From the NCBI RefSeq assembly GCF_963921235.1, contig NC_086097.1:158722001-158786000 (forward strand): 64,000 nucleotides of DNA. Direction: 5' to 3'. Within the stretch, counting starts at the first letter, position 1. Every line of letters starts with the position of its first letter. Position numbers and translations under genes: made by a program. The notes below the pieces were generated by a model that searched no databases, was not told the origin of the DNA, and worked only from the letters and a program-made list of their open reading frames with translations. Below, piece after piece: positions 35,108 through 49,130 of this stretch. Origin of the DNA: Mobula hypostoma. Lineage: Eukaryota.

Positions 35108-35830
35108 ACAAAAAGAGTAAAATGAGGGGACACATGCCAGTCTTCTTTGAGGGATCAGAAGTGGAAAGGGTGAGCAATTTCAAGGCCCTGGGTGTCAACG
35201 TCCCTGAGGATCTATCCTGGGCCCAAGGTATTGATGCAATTACAAAGAAAGCATGACAGCGGCTACTTTTCATTAGGAGATTTGGTATGTCACCAAAGAC
35301 ATTCACAAATTTCTACAGATGTGAGTGCATTCTAACAGAATGCATCACTGTCTGGTATTGGGGGCCACTGCACAGGATCGAAATAAGCCGCAAAAAGTTG
35401 TGAAGTCAGTCAGCTTCATCATGAACACTAGCCTCACCATCATTCAGAACACCTTCAAGGAGCAGTGCCTCAAAAAAAGTGCCGTCCATCATTAAGGACC
35501 CCCATCACCCAGGACATGCCCTCTTCTCATTGCTGCCATCAGGGAGGAGATACAGGAGCCTGAATGCACACACTCGACGATTCAGGAATAGCTTCTTCCC
35601 CACAGCCATCAGATTTCTGAATGGACATTGGACCCGTGAACACTATCTTACTACTTTTTTTCTCTTTTTGCACTACTTATTTAATTTAACTTTTTTAAAA
35701 AAGTGTAAGAACTTCTTACTGGAATGTACAGTTTTTATTATTATCTGTTTCAAGGTACTGCTGCCACATAGCAACAAATTTCACAACATATGCCAGTGAT
35801 ATTAAACTTGATTTTGATTTTGGTTCTGAA
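35108..35830 (+). mobile_element. Rex1/Babar-like LINE 3' fragment
   Basis: SIIKDPHHPGHALFSLLPSGRRYRSL..RFRNSFFPTAIRFLN. Confidence 0.85.
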
Positions 35831-36419
35831 TAACTCTGATGCCTCCTGAGGTGCAGAATTAAACTGAATCTGTTTGCATGTACTGGAATTGCTACTGACG
35901 CACACTTGATCTACCGGGAAACATATGCTATTCATTAGTTTTCATTTCACCTCAATACAGACTATTATTTCACCCATGGTGTTAGGTGTTGCTGTAGTGT
36001 GATATTTCATCCTCTAGCACTTTGAAAAATATGGATCATATTTTATTGTTTTAAAATCAGCACAGCAGTAATTTAGACAGATAGCAGTAGTTACTTCTCA
36101 CCTTTAATGCAAACACGGATAAATGCAGGCAGTTCTCTCACGTTTGACTTACTTCATATTTGACACTTCCGCATGGTTCAGCATCTGCTCCTATGCCTGG
36201 GTGCTGCAGACTGGGTAATTGATATGGCTACTGCACTAGACCAGCTGGAAATTGATGATAGAAGCTGTGTGAGTGATGGAGCGACCAGTGAGGTAGAGCA
36301 AGGGTATACTGTAAATGACATGAAAACTTGTCTCCAAGAATGTACACCTCCAATATAAGCTGTCCGCGTATTCTGTTTTATTCCCGTGTAACGTCAGATG
36401 GAAGAAAGGATGTTTGGTG

Positions 36420-36870
36420 AAACAGTTTATTGCCAATGAAGTACTTTTGATGTGCTGTCACTGTTGTAATATAAGAAACACAGTATCTGATTTAGACACA
36501 GCAAGCTCTTCACAAACAGCAACGTGGTAATGACTGGTTTCTCCGTAATAGAAATGTTAGTTCAGAGGTGGTTATTGAGCAGGAGACCATAGCCAGCTCA
36601 GTTCCAATGAAAGTTTTCAATCTGAAATATTTACTCAGTTTCTTTATTCCATAGCTGCTGCCAGATCTGCTGTTTCCAGTTTTTATTTTAAATGAGGATA
36701 AGTCCTCAGATTTTACAGAAACAGTGCTAAATATTTTGTTCTATAAAACTGAAAAAGCAGGTGCAGAGGCAGCATCTCTAACAGTGTAGCACTACCCCAG
36801 TACTGCACCAAAGTGTCTGCATAGATTTCTAGAGGGAACCGTGTACTGGAGGTAAGGGTACTACCAAAAC
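36420..36870 (-). mobile_element. Ancient Deu-domain SINE (SacSINE1/AmnSINE1-like)
   Basis: GCCAATGAAGTACTTTTGA..CACTGTTGTAAT..CACAGCAAG..CACAAACAGCAA and CAGTGTAGCACT..CAGTACTGCAC resemble the recalled Deu-SINE consensus. Confidence 0.55.
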
Positions 36871-38404
36871 AAAAATACACCTGTCACTCAAAATGTCCAT
36901 ATTTGCACAGTGTATTCTGATAACCATCAAAAGTACACGGCCTATCTTTCAACCTTATTTTCAGTAAGAAGAAAGGACAGTTAGTTATTTACTTATATTG
37001 GATTAGTAAATTAAGCTATTGTATAAAATATACTGATCAGCTGTTGAAGTATTTGAGAAAAATAAGTTTGATTCAAAGGGTGGAGGTTGAATACTTGGAA
37101 CAAGGATGGGCTCTGCGATTTTTATCAGTCATTAATGGGATCAGAGTGGATGCAGTTCACACATCATCCAATTTTATATCCATTAAAACTGTAAGATGTA
37201 AAACCAGGCGCGTTGTAAATCAAATCGTTGACAGATTTGTAAATTTCATGCCTGTAATTTTCTCAACCTGTGGTGCCGGCTAAAATTACCCTTCTAACTT
37301 TTTCTATCTGCTGCCAGGAGCATTGAGATACAGATCGTCTTCACAACTTTATTCATTTCATTTAATGAAAGGCATAATAAATTAAAGAGCTTTTAGTACA
37401 GCAATTCCACTCTTGGTATCTGCTCCATTTCACCTCTAAGCAGGATGCTGCATGTAATTAAGTGAGTTCTGTTGACCCTGATGGCAAGGTAGTTCTGATT
37501 AAAGAGGAGTTATTGCTCTGGGGAATTCCACACTGAAGAGATGGAAATCACAGATGAAATCAAAATAAATAACAGTGTCAGTTTGCTGTCAATCCCTGTG
37601 TTCAGTTACTCTCTCAAGTTATCAGTGTATGCCAAGGGAGAAGTTTGGAGCAGGTTCTTTGACCATTGGGGACTGGCAATCAAGCCAAGTGCTGTCTTCC
37701 CATGAAGCCTATGAATGCATTTTCCAGCAAGTGTTACTGGACCAGATTCAAAAATGGCGAAATCGAGCTGTCTTTTATTTTCTCTCCATAGTCTGGGATT
37801 ATTTACAGCATTCATCGAATATGAACACCTGCTAAAGTTAACTCCCTTAGCAGAGACTGGGAATTAAACCAAACTTTGTGGTTGATAATGCTCAGTTACT
37901 TGCTATCTTTAGCTGAATCATTAGGAAGATCACTGGGGACCTTTTTGTACTTCTGCTTTTAGAGGTTGAACGTAAAATGTTACAAAATTGATTTTAGCTC
38001 AAAATATGAATGCCAGAGTTACTTCAAACTTTGTAGTTTCTATTTTAGAGATAAATCACTGCAATATCCAGCAATAAACCACCATTCATCAAAAATGAAA
38101 GAAACATATATCATTTGCATCTGAAGTGGTCAAACTGTAAGGGTAAAAAGACCCTGATGGTAGTTGTATACAGACCCCCAAACAGTAGTAAGGATGTGGT
38201 CAACATATACAATGGGAGATAGAAAATGCATGCCAAAAATGCAATGTTACAATAGTCATAGGGGACTTCAATATGCAGGTAGATTGGGAAAATCAGGTTG
38301 GTGCTGTATCCTAAGAGGAGGATGTTCTCGAATGACTACGAGAGATGCTTGTGGTTCAGCCCACAAGGGTATCAGCTATGCTGGGTTGGGTGTTGTGCAA
38401 TGAA

Positions 38405-39570
38405 CTGGAATTGATTAGCAAACTTAAGGTAAAAGAACCTTTAGGGGAAAGTGATCATAATATGATAGGATTCACCCTGAAATTTGAGAAACAGAAGCTA
38501 AAGTCAGAAGTATCGTAATTACAGTGGAGTAAAGGGAACTACAGAGAGATGAGAGAGGAGGTGGACAGAATTGATTGGAAAAGAACACTGGCAGGGATGA
38601 TGGCAGAGCAGCAATAGCTGGAATTTCTGGAAGCTACTCAGAAGGCACAGGATATATACATCCCAAAGATGATGAGGTATTCTAAAGGCAAGATGACACA
38701 AGTGTGGCTAATAGGAGAAGTCAATGCCAACATAAAAACCAAAGAGAGGGCATATAATAGAGCAAAAATTAGTGGGAAGTTAAAGGATGTGGAAGCTTTT
38801 AGAATCCAACAGAAAACAACTAAAAAAGCCATTAAGAAAGCAAAGAAGGAGTATGAAAGTAAGGGTGCCAATAATATTAGCGAGTAACAAAAGTTTCCTC
38901 AGATTCATAAAGTGTAAAAGAAAGGCGAGAGTGGATCTCGGACCACTGAAAAATGATACTGGAGAGGTAGTACTGGGGGACAACAGAATGGCAGATGAAA
39001 TGAATAGGTATTTTGCATCATTTTTCACTGTGGAAGACACTAGCAGTATGGTGGATGTTCCAGCTGTCAGGAGTTATGAAGTGTGTGAAGTTGCCATCAC
39101 TAAGGAAAAGGTTCTTGGGAAACTGAAAGATCTGAAGGTAGATAGTTCTGTAAGATTGGAAAATTGCAAATGTCACTCCACTCTTCAAGAAGGGAGAGAG
39201 GCAAAAGAAAGGAAATTATAGGCTAGTTTGTCTGATCTCCGTAGTTGGGAAAATGTTGGAGTCGATTGTAAGGATGTGTTTTGGGGTACTTGGAGGCACA
39301 TGAATTTCTTCAGTCAGAGTGTGATGAATCTGTGGAATTAGTTGCCACAGGCAGTTGCAGTTGTGGCGGCCATGTCTTTATGTATATTTAAGGCAGAGGT
39401 TGATAGACTCTTGTTTGGTCAGGGGATGTAGGGATGAAGAGATAGAGGGAGAAGGCAGGAGACTGGAGCTGAAAGGAAAAATGTATCAGCCATGATGAAA
39501 TGGTGGAGCAGACCGGATAGGCCAAATGGCCTAATTCTGCTCCTGTATCCTAAGGTCTTATGGTCTTAAA
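38405..39570 (+). mobile_element. CR1 ORF2 fragments with large internal deletions
   Basis: LGESDHN, GPLKNDTG..MNRYFASFFT, and 3' UTR with (TCTTATGG) tail. Confidence 0.85.
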
Positions 39571-39689
39571 TTGAAGAAGCTGACCCTTGTCAAACTAAGA
39601 GACTTTTACTGTGCGTGTGTTTCTTGGCTAAAGGCGAATAATCCCAGAATATATTTGTCAGTTCCTCCCCTGTAGGCAATTGTGTCTTA

Positions 39690-40400
39690 TTGGTAATTAG
39701 TTTATTAATGTTACATGAAGTGAATTACCATGAAAAGCACTGTTTGCATGCCAGATCAGAATCAGGTATATTATCATTATCTTCTGTGATGTGAAATTTG
39801 TCGGTTTGTGGCATCAGTTCAGTGCTAAACCAATAAATCTATCACTCTCAATTACAATATAAACAATTATTGAAAAAAAGGAATAATGAGGTAGTGTCTC
39901 TGGATTCATAGACTGCTTAGAGGGGAAGAACTGGTTTTGAATCATTGAGTGTGAGTCCTCAGGCTCCTTCACCTCCTCCCTGATAATGGTAGTGAGAAGA
40001 GCACATATCCCGGATGTTAAGGGTCCTCAGTGATGGATGCTACCTTCGTGAGGATGCCCTTGATGATGGAGAGGGCTGTGATTGTGATAGAGCTGGCTGA
40101 GTCTATAACTCTGCAGCCTCTTGTGATCCTGTGCACTGGAGCTTCCATACTAGGCTGTGATGCAATCAGTCACCATGCGTACTAAGAAACTTACAAGAGT
40201 CTTTCCTGACACACCAAATGCCCTCAAATTCCTAATCAAATCGAGTCACTGGCATGCCTTTTTTCTGATTGCATGAACGTATTAGGCCCAGGATAGATCC
40301 ACCAAGATGCTGGTGCCCAGGAATTTGAAGTTGCTCATGTTTTTCACTGCTGACCCTTCAATGAGGACTGGTACCAACTTCCCCTTTCTTAAGTCCGTGG
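39690..40400 (-). mobile_element. Rex1/Babar-like LINE fragment
   Basis: Homologous to 27290-27850 (CCCAGGAATTTGAAGTTGCTCA.. ; ATCAGAATCAGG tail). Confidence 0.7.
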
Positions 40401-40483
40401 ATTATTTCATCAAGGTAGTACAAAATGTAAACAGTACATTGAAGCAGTATAAGGGAAATCAAGAACAGAATGGAGAGCATGTT

Positions 40484-40992
40484 ACATAGAAACATAGAAA
40501 ACCTACAGCACAATGCAGGCCCTTCGGCCCACAAAGCTGTGCCGAACATGTCCCTATCTTAGAACTACCTAGGCTTTACCCATAGCCCTCTAAGCTTCAT
40601 GTAGCTATCCAGGAGTCTCTTAAAAGACCCTATCGTTTCCGCCTCCACCACCGCCACTGGCAGCCCATTCCACGTACTCACCACTCTCTGTGTAAAAAAC
40701 TTACCCCTGACATCTCATCTGTACCTTCTTCCAAGCACCCTAAAACTATGCCTTCTTGTGCTAGCCATTTCAGCTCGGTGGAAAATCCTCTGGCTATCCA
40801 CAGGATCAATGCCTCTCATTATCTTGTACACCTCTATCAGGCCACCTCTCATCCCCCGTCGCTCCAAGGAGAAAAGACAGAGTTCACTCAACCTATTCTC
40901 ATAAGACATGCTCTCCAATCCAGGCAATGGTTTTCACGCCCTTCCTGTAGTGAGGTGACCAGAATTGAGCACAGTTCTCCAAGTGGGGTCTG
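40484..40992 (-). mobile_element. CR1 3' fragment (same subfamily as 8073-8564)
   Basis: LFSLERRGMRGGLIEVYKIMRG; (TTCTATGT)n tail. Confidence 0.9.
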
Positions 40993-42421
40993 AAGTAACA
41001 GAGAAGGTGCAGTGCAGGTAGACAAATAAGGTGCAAGTGCTATGACAAGTTAGACTGAGAGCCTTTGAATTACATTTCATTGCTAATCAACTACCTCTGT
41101 TTCTAGAGAACTAGAATATGTGAGTCTAGAAATCATGCTGCAATAATTGAAAGCACTCATCAGAGTGCATATGATGTACCACAAGCAGTTCTGGACAATA
41201 TATCAGAGTGCGTGCAGAGGACTTGGAACAGCATGCAGTGTAACATGTTGCCTGGACTAAGGTTTGATTTATGATGAAGAATTGAATTTCCTTGGATATT
41301 TTTGGGAAATGATTAAAGAAGTGATTTTTATCCAATGAATGGCAAACTGGACCAGAGGGCTTTTTAGGAGTGATTCACACTGAAAAATTGGAAGAAGTTT
41401 GAAATACTTTGAAAATATTGCATCATTTTACATTTGAACTAATAGATTTTAGTTAACAAAGATGTTAAAGATGGAGGTAAGACAGAGAAATGCAGTTATG
41501 TCACAGAACAATCAGGACCTCATTGAATGTGAAAAATATTGAAGGGGTTAAATGGCCAGTCCCTCTTGGTAACAATTCCATATCCCTATGGAAGGCAGTC
41601 TACTCTATTCAATTGCTTAATGCACTTCAGCAGATCCATATTGTTATTTCTATTTTAGGAATTTAAGTTTTATTTCTGTTCCAAATATATGGTAGATAAC
41701 AGATTATTTGGCACAAGTTCTAATTGCTAAAAATTAAGGTGAATATATGTCAGAATGTTGACATTTGTTCAGAGGGAGAGTTACCCAAAAATCTAGAACG
41801 GCTAATGCTAGAAATCTGAAATAAAAACAGGGTACAGGAAATACTCAACAGTTCATGTAGCAGCTGTGGAAAGAGAAATACAAATAATTGCAGGTCAATA
41901 AAGATCATCAGCATGAAGCATTAACTCTTTTGCTCTGTACGTGTCCTGTCTTAGCTTCTGTCCATTTTCTGCATTTCTGATTTATTCCGAAGAAAAACCG
42001 TGCTTTGAAAAAAGAGCCCCTGGGTTGATTTTAGAAAACCTTCATGTCACTGCAGTTCCATTACTCAAACTATTAACTAAATTTACTTTAGCATTAGGTG
42101 ATTAAAGCATATACATATTTAATATAGTCGTATACTTAAAGGTATTTAAAGACATCCATATTTAAGCGATAATGGATTTTAACAGAATGTTTTGAAGATA
42201 AAGTATTCTGTTTTCTTTAACCTATCCATAATTTAAGGGTAACAAGTGCTGCTGTCATGGGCTTTAGATCTTACATTTGGGATTCTAGGATAAGAGTCTA
42301 AATATCAAAGCCACACATGTTTAGATTAACACTGCAAACTATATATAAAAGAAATATGGAACTGTCATTGGCCAATAGTAAATGATGCTCGGTCAGTTAT
42401 TAACTTTAATTTATAATATAA

Positions 42422-42692
42422 CGACATGGTAGTGCAATGATTAGCACAACGCTTTACAGAACCAGTGGCCCAGATTCAATACCTGCTGCTGCTTTTAAGG
42501 AGTTTGTGCATACTCCCCATGATCATGTAGGCTTCCTTTTAGTGCTTTAGTTTCCTCCCACAGTCCAAAGACATACGGGTTAGTAGGCTAATTGGTCATT
42601 GTAAGTTGTGCCGTATTTAGGCTAGGATTAAATCAAGGGATTGCTGGATGGTGCGGCTCAAAGGTCTGCCTGTACCTTAGTAAATAAATAAA
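42422..42692 (+). mobile_element. V-SINE/HE1-like tRNA SINE
   Basis: A/B box-like TGGTAGTGCAATG..GATTCAATACC; core GGAGTTTG..TTTCCTCCCACAGTCCAAAGAC; (TAAA)n tail. Confidence 0.75.
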
Positions 42693-42839
42693 TCTGAAAT
42701 TGTTGGGGAAGTAGAATCACAGTGAGATCAGCTGTGATCTCTCTGAATAGTAGAACATGCTCAAGGAGTTAACAGGCTTCATCCTGACCCTATATATTCT
42801 GCTGTCTTGCTGTGACCATTCAGAATGATTATAATGATT

Positions 42840-44710
42840 TCCATGCAGACAAGTGTGAGGTGTTGCACTTTGGAGAGGATGTCAGAATTAAAATTACACA
42901 GTAAATGGTAGAGAACTGAGGAGGGTGGTGAATCAAATGGATCTGGGAATACAGCTGCATAATTTTCTTGAAACTGGCATCGCAGATAGGGTCATTAAGA
43001 GAGCTTTTGGCACAAAGTTGGCAAGGCTGAATTTGAAATATTGTGTGCAGTTCCGGTTACCTACCAACAGGAAAGATAACAATAGCTTGAAAGAGTACAG
43101 AGGGAGTTTACAAGGATGTTGTCAGAACCTTGAGGATCCGGGTTATAGGAGAAGGTTGAATAGGTTAGGACATATTTCCCTTTACACAGGAGAATAAGTT
43201 CAATGTTCAAAGTAAATTTATATCAAAATACATATATGTCACCATATACATCCCTGAAATTCATTTTCTTGTGGGATACTCAATAAATATGTAATAGAAG
43301 AATAGCTGTAATACAATCAATAAAAGTTTCCACCAATTGGGCATTCAACCAGTGTGCAAAAGACAACTAACTATGAAATATACAAAAGGAAAGAAATAAT
43401 AAATAAATAAACAATAAATATTGAGAACATGAGTTGAAGAGTCTTTGAAAGTGAGTCCATAGGTTGTGGGAACATTTCAGTGACGGGGTAAGTGAAGTTA
43501 TCCCCTTTGGTTCAAAGTCTGATTGCTGAGGGGTAATAATTCTTCTTGAACCAGGTGGTGTGAGTCCTGCGGCTTCTGTGCCACCTTCCTGATGGTAGCA
43601 GTGAGAAGAGAGCATGACCTGGTGCTGGAGGGCCGTGATGATAGGTGCTGCTTCCTTGCAGCAAGCTCTGTCGATAGGCTCAGTGGTGGGGAGGGCTTTA
43701 CCTGCGATGAACTGGGCCGAATCCACTAATTTCGTAGGATTTTCTGTTCAAAGGCTTTGATGTTTCCATACCAGGCTGTGATGCAGCCCATCATACACTC
43801 TCCACCACACATCTATAGAAATCTGTCAAAGTTTTAGATGTCATGCCGAACCTTCACAAACTCTTAACGAAGTGGAGGTATTGCCATGCTTTCTTCCTAA
43901 TTACACTTACGTGCTGGGTGTATGACAGGTCTTCTGAAATGATAACACCAAAGAATTTAAAGTTGCTAACCCTCTTCATCTCTGATCCTCTGATGAGGAT
44001 TGGCTCATGGATCTCTGATTTCCTCCTCCTGAACTCAGTAATCAGCTCCTTCATTAAGAGGCTGTCGCTGTGACACCACTCAGCCAGATTTCCAATCTCC
44101 CTCCTATATGCTGATTTGGCCTATGGCAGTGCTGTCGTCAACAAACTTGAATATGGCATTGGAGCTGTGCCTAGCCACAGAATCACCAGTGTAAAGTGAG
44201 TAGAGCAGGGGGCTAAATACGCAGTCTTGTGGTGCAGCTGTGCTGATGGAGATTGCGGAAGAGATGTTGTTGCCAATCTGAACTGACTGGGGTCTGCAAG
44301 TGAGAAAATTGACAATTCAATTGCACAAGGAGGTATTGAGGCCAAGGTCTTAAAACTTATTGATTAATTTTAAGCGGAGGATGGTATTGAATACCGAGCG
44401 GTAGTCAATAAAGAACATCCCAACGTATGCATCTTTGCCGTATAGATGTTTCAGCATTGAGCAAAGAGCCAACGAGATAGCATCTAGTTCGGATTTGTTG
44501 CGCCGGTAAGCAAATTGGACCAGATCCAAGTCGCTTCTCTGGCAGTAGTTGATATATTATATCATAAAATTCTCAAAACATCTTATCACTGTGGATCACT
44601 TAGCGTGCCAGGAGATTTGATAGAGGTAGACAAAATTATGAGTGTTACAAATAGGGGAAATGCATGCAGGCTTTTTTCCCTCATGTTGACTGATGCTAGA
44701 ACTAGAGGTC
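42840..44710 (+). mobile_element. CR1 RT-3' fragment split by a Rex-like LINE (pieces 42840-43196 and ~44600-44710)
   Basis: DKCEVLHFG, LKYCVQF, then GDLIEVDKIM resuming after the insert. Confidence 0.7.
43197..44595 (-). mobile_element. Rex1/Babar-like LINE fragment
   Basis: KELITEFRRR..RVSNFKFFGVIISEDLS..KKAWQYLHF; (TTGAAC) tail. Confidence 0.8.
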
Positions 44711-44747
44711 GAGCAAGATATAGGAAAACAAAGGGATGGTTGATATT

Positions 44748-45430
44748 TCAAGTCAAGACAAGTCACTTTTTATAGTCATTTCGACCAAAACTGCTGGTAC
44801 AGTACAGAATAAAAACGAGACAACGTTTTTCAGGACCATGGTGCGACATGAAACAATACAAAAATTACATTGAACTATGTAAAACAACACAAAAACTACA
44901 CTAGACTACAGACCTACCCAGGACTGCATAAAGTGCACAAAACAGTGCAGGCATTACAATAAATAATAAACAAGACAATAGGCACAGTAGAGAGCAGTAG
45001 GTTGGTGTCAGTCCAGGCTCTGGGTATTGAGGAGTCTGATGGCTTGGGGGAAGAAACTGTTACATAGTCTGGTCCTGAGAGCCTGAGTGCTTCGGTGTCT
45101 TTTGCCAGATGGCAGGAGGGAGAAGAGTTTGTATGAGGGGTGCGTGGGGTCCTTCACAATGCTGTTTGCTTTACGGATGCAGTGTGTGGTGTAAGTGTCT
45201 GTAATGGTGGGAAGAGGGACCCCAGTGATCTTCTCAGCTGACCTCACTATCCGCTGCAGGGTCTTGCAATCCGAGACGGTGCAATTTTCAAACCAGGCAG
45301 TGATTCAGCTGCTCAGGATGCTCTCAATACAACCTCCATAGAATGTGGTGAGGGCAGGGGGGTGGGAGATGGACTTTTCTCAGCCTTCGCAGAAGGAGAC
45401 GCTGCTGGGCTTTCTTTGCTATGGAGCTGG
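44748..45430 (-). mobile_element. Rex1/Babar-like LINE 3' fragment (younger subfamily)
   Basis: RSAEKITGVPLP..IVKDPTHPSYKLFSLLPSG..NSFFPQAIRLLN; (GACTT)n tail. Confidence 0.85.
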
Positions 45431-47282
45431 TGTCCAGCCCCAAGCCCCTACATCAAGTTGAGAGTGAAGAGGAAGAGTAGTCCGTTTAAAGAGGTGCGAT
45501 GGTGAGACAGTAGCTGGTTGGTGACGGATGGAACCAGGTGAGGTGGGTGGAGCTGATATGCAGATGGAGCGGAGGGAGTTTGGGATCGTAGTTACTTGGT
45601 AATAGGTAGGAACAGGTAGAGTATAATGAATTGGACAGGTGGAGTCAGGTGGGGGGGTGTGGAAGGAAGAGATAGGTGGAACCATTATGCAGGAGATCAT
45701 GGACAAATGATGTCAGGGGGATTGAGGGGAAGGGGATATTTAGTGTCAGAGACCAGTAGGTGAACAAGAGAAACAAAACCTCTGTGGACAGTTGATGGAG
45801 CTAGTTGGGGTAGTAACATATCTGGGCAACAATGGAGAAGAGGGAATGGGAGAAATGAACCAAGGAAGGCAGATCTGGATGAGCACTAGGAGTGGGAAAG
45901 GAATGTTGATGGTTTGGCCTTCCTGAAAATGGAGTATGTACCATTGGATTGTAGGTTTCTTGTGTGAAATATGTGGTGCTGTGCCTCTAGTTTGGATTTG
46001 AAAAACACATCCATATTTATAGGATAAAGCTCAACATAGTGCTGTTTAGTTGATCAAATCAGCAGCCATTACTTTCCATGTAACAATTCCTACTCTTGAG
46101 CAACTTAGAGTGCCAGAAGCATTACAAAAGTTAACTCCAAGGAAGCTCAGTAACATAAAGCTATTTTTCATCTATAGTACAGTGAGACTCATGTGAATAA
46201 TTGAAACCTTGAATCTGAGTGTTACAACAATACTGTGTTATTGGAACTTGCTGTCATTGTTGATTTGGTCAACATATCAAACATTGTCAGCATATGTGTT
46301 CTCTTTCTTCTTACTAGCACTAGGTTTGAAGAGCAACATTAGGGAAATCCATGCAAGCTGTGAACTATTTTTTACTGTCAAAGATAACCAATGGCTATTA
46401 TACTGCAAACCAAAAATCATTCGAATTTTAATACAATAACCAGCCTGCTGTTGTTCTGGAGGCTCCAACCACAGTAAAAGAATCATAGAAGCTCTGAAAC
46501 ATTGCCAAAGATTCATTCAAACATTCAGTTGTCGACTTCTACCTGGAGCCACAAGCTACCTAAGTGAGATGTGGTGAACAGTGGAAAACAGATGGCTGGC
46601 ACCAGGTAAAACACAGGGGCTAGTGTGGTAGTGTAAACTGTGAGCACAAAGCTCTAGCAGCTTGCAGTTTTGCTATTACAAACTGGCAGCTGTGTTTTTC
46701 TTGAGTTCAAAACACCTTCTCCGCCCCCCCTCTTCCCCTCCCCAGAGTCCCAGCCTTCTTTTAAACTTTTCCACTGAGTGTTTCATAATGGTTGACTATA
46801 CTTTTATTTAAAGCACCTCATGCAACCTCATTCTCCCATTAACATTTGTCACCTGACGGAAAGCGGAAGATTAACAAGCCCTTACTGGACTCCTGCTCAG
46901 TGCAGGATCAGGATCAGCTGCACACATGTCTGTGGGCCACTTTGCTGCCAGCATTCACTGCAGGGTTCATGTGCAAAGATTGATACTTGGTCCAAATGCC
47001 AGAGGGCTGCTGGTGCCTGTGAGTCTGTAACCCAGTAATGAGTCTTCACCTTTGGGCAGGAAAAGGAGGATCACTGGCAGAAGAAATCAGAGAACAGCTT
47101 AACTGTTGCCACAGTTTCTTAAATTGATTTATGTTCTTCTTTCAGTGACCTCAGTGACAATTGTTTTATTTTCCTCAATCTCCATTTCCTTCCAGGCAAT
47201 TATTATGGCATTTTCCCATCTATTTGCATTTATACAGTATGTACGTTTGTAGTATAAGGAGCAAAATCTGGACATATTTTAA

Positions 47283-47953
47283 ATTCAGACTCAGATTAAT
47301 TTATCACATGTACATCGAAGCATACAGTGAAATGCATCATTTGTACTAACAACTAACACACCCAAGGATGTGCTAGGGGCAGCCCACAACTGTCACCACA
47401 CACTCCAGCACTAACTTGGCATGTTCACCATACTTGGCAGAACAACACAGGACACAACAAAAGAGAACATACCAGGTGACAAAGCAACTACAGCAAAACA
47501 AATTCTGTTCCTCCTCCCCACCCACCCACCCACCAACTCACATCCAAAGTCCTCTAACCCCAGGACAGGTCAGTTTTGGCCTCCAGCGGACTCCTAAGTT
47601 CGTATTGGGCGCTTTGATCTTCAGTATCGACACAGGACTCACGAATGGCGACGAGTGATGTCCCTGGCTGAGTACCTGACCTCTAGAGCTCAAACTTCAG
47701 ACCCGCCAATAATGGGACCCTAATCTTCTTCACTGGTCTGCCATATTGTCTTCCAACCACACCCATATTGCTGATGTTCGAACATGGAGTGTTCCAGCCT
47801 GTCCTCAAATTCCCCCACATCCCTGCCCCTAAACCCTAACCTGTCACTTAACTCCCCTCGGTGTCCCTAAAATCATCCCTATGAAATAAAAAGCCTGTAA
47901 GTACAAGTCTGAGCCGTGACCTCGACGGAGACTGTGGCTCGGTGGCATCTTGA
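47283..47953 (-). mobile_element. Non-autonomous retroposon with CAAGATG(G/C)C 5' end and Rex-like tail
   Basis: Minus strand starts TCAAGATGCCACC and ends ..ATAAATTAATCTGAGTCTGAAT; related to ~61540-62400. Confidence 0.5.
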
Positions 47954-48407
47954 TAAATATCGGGGTATTTTATTTTATATTATACTTGATGCTGAGTCAC
48001 AAAGGGACATTTTGGATCAGGCCACAGACTTTGTCAAAGAGGAATGTTTAAAGGATGAATATTAAAGCCTGAAAGACAGGGAATAGTGTAGAGAGGAAAT
48101 TTTGAAACTAATATGAACATTGATGTCATTGATGAACCTTGGTGTCATTTTTATCCATAGTAATTTCTTGCCTTTTCCCAAAACCACACAGTCCATTGAA
48201 AGTTTAGATCCTCTGACACATGGAAATTGGTTGTTTGGTCCATTTGGTCTTTGTTGCATAAAAGCTGATATTTCAGTGTTTTTTTTTGGTTAATTTCTCA
48301 CTTAGGTGGAGATAATCTGTCCCTGTTCGGAAGATGTAAAGTTCACTACAGCTCATTTTGTAGCTTCATTGCTGTTAAATAGAGTCCCGTTCCAGAAACA
48401 TAAGCAC

Positions 48408-49130
48408 AAAGACATAGGCTGACCCTCCAGTGGAGTTAAAAAAAAATTATTTAGAGATACAGTGCGGGAACAGGCTCTTCCGACCAGTTATCCACCTATT
48501 TAACACACCAAGCCTAATTACAGGATAATTTACTATGACCAAATAACCTACTAACCAGTACATCTTTTGACTGTGCAGAGGTTACCGGAGCACACGGGGG
48601 AAACACACATGCTCACAGAAAGGACATCCAAACTTCTTACAGACGGCTTTGAAATTGAACTCCGAACTCCGACGCCAAGCTGTAATAGTGTCGCACTATG
48701 CTAAGTGTGCCTCAGAAGCACTGGTTATTGAGTGAGTTGTTAAACTGAGCTCTGTTGAGCCTCCCAGGTCTGTGTCGGTCCTCAGGAAGTGTACTGGGTT
48801 ATCCCCATTATCCTGACTAATAATAACGCTCCATCAACATCTCTGTTGTTTAGCACTATTTTGCACGATTTATTTTATTTATTCTAACTTTTAGAGCTTT
48901 TTATGTCTTACGCCATACTGGCGCTACTGAAACAACAAAGTTCACACATATGTCAGTGATAATGAATATGATTCTGATTCTGAACGACATCATCTGGTCA
49001 TTATCATATTGCTATTTGTGGATACTTGTGTACAAATTAAGCACTGTCTTCATTATAATACAACTGTCTCTTTGTCAAAATATTTCATAAATGTTACAGT
49101 GTTTTGTGATGTCCTTGAATGGTTGTGAAT
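48408..49130 (+). mobile_element. Deu-domain SINE remnant with a nested V-SINE (48445-48705, minus) and Rex tail
   Basis: TAGGCTGACCCTCCAGTG and CTGGTCATTATCATATTGCT..GTGG motifs are the reverse of those at 36420-36870. Confidence 0.5.

Noticed and set aside
42422..42490. tRNA gene
   Set aside because: Degenerate SINE head without a complete cloverleaf; the same applies to the other SINE heads.
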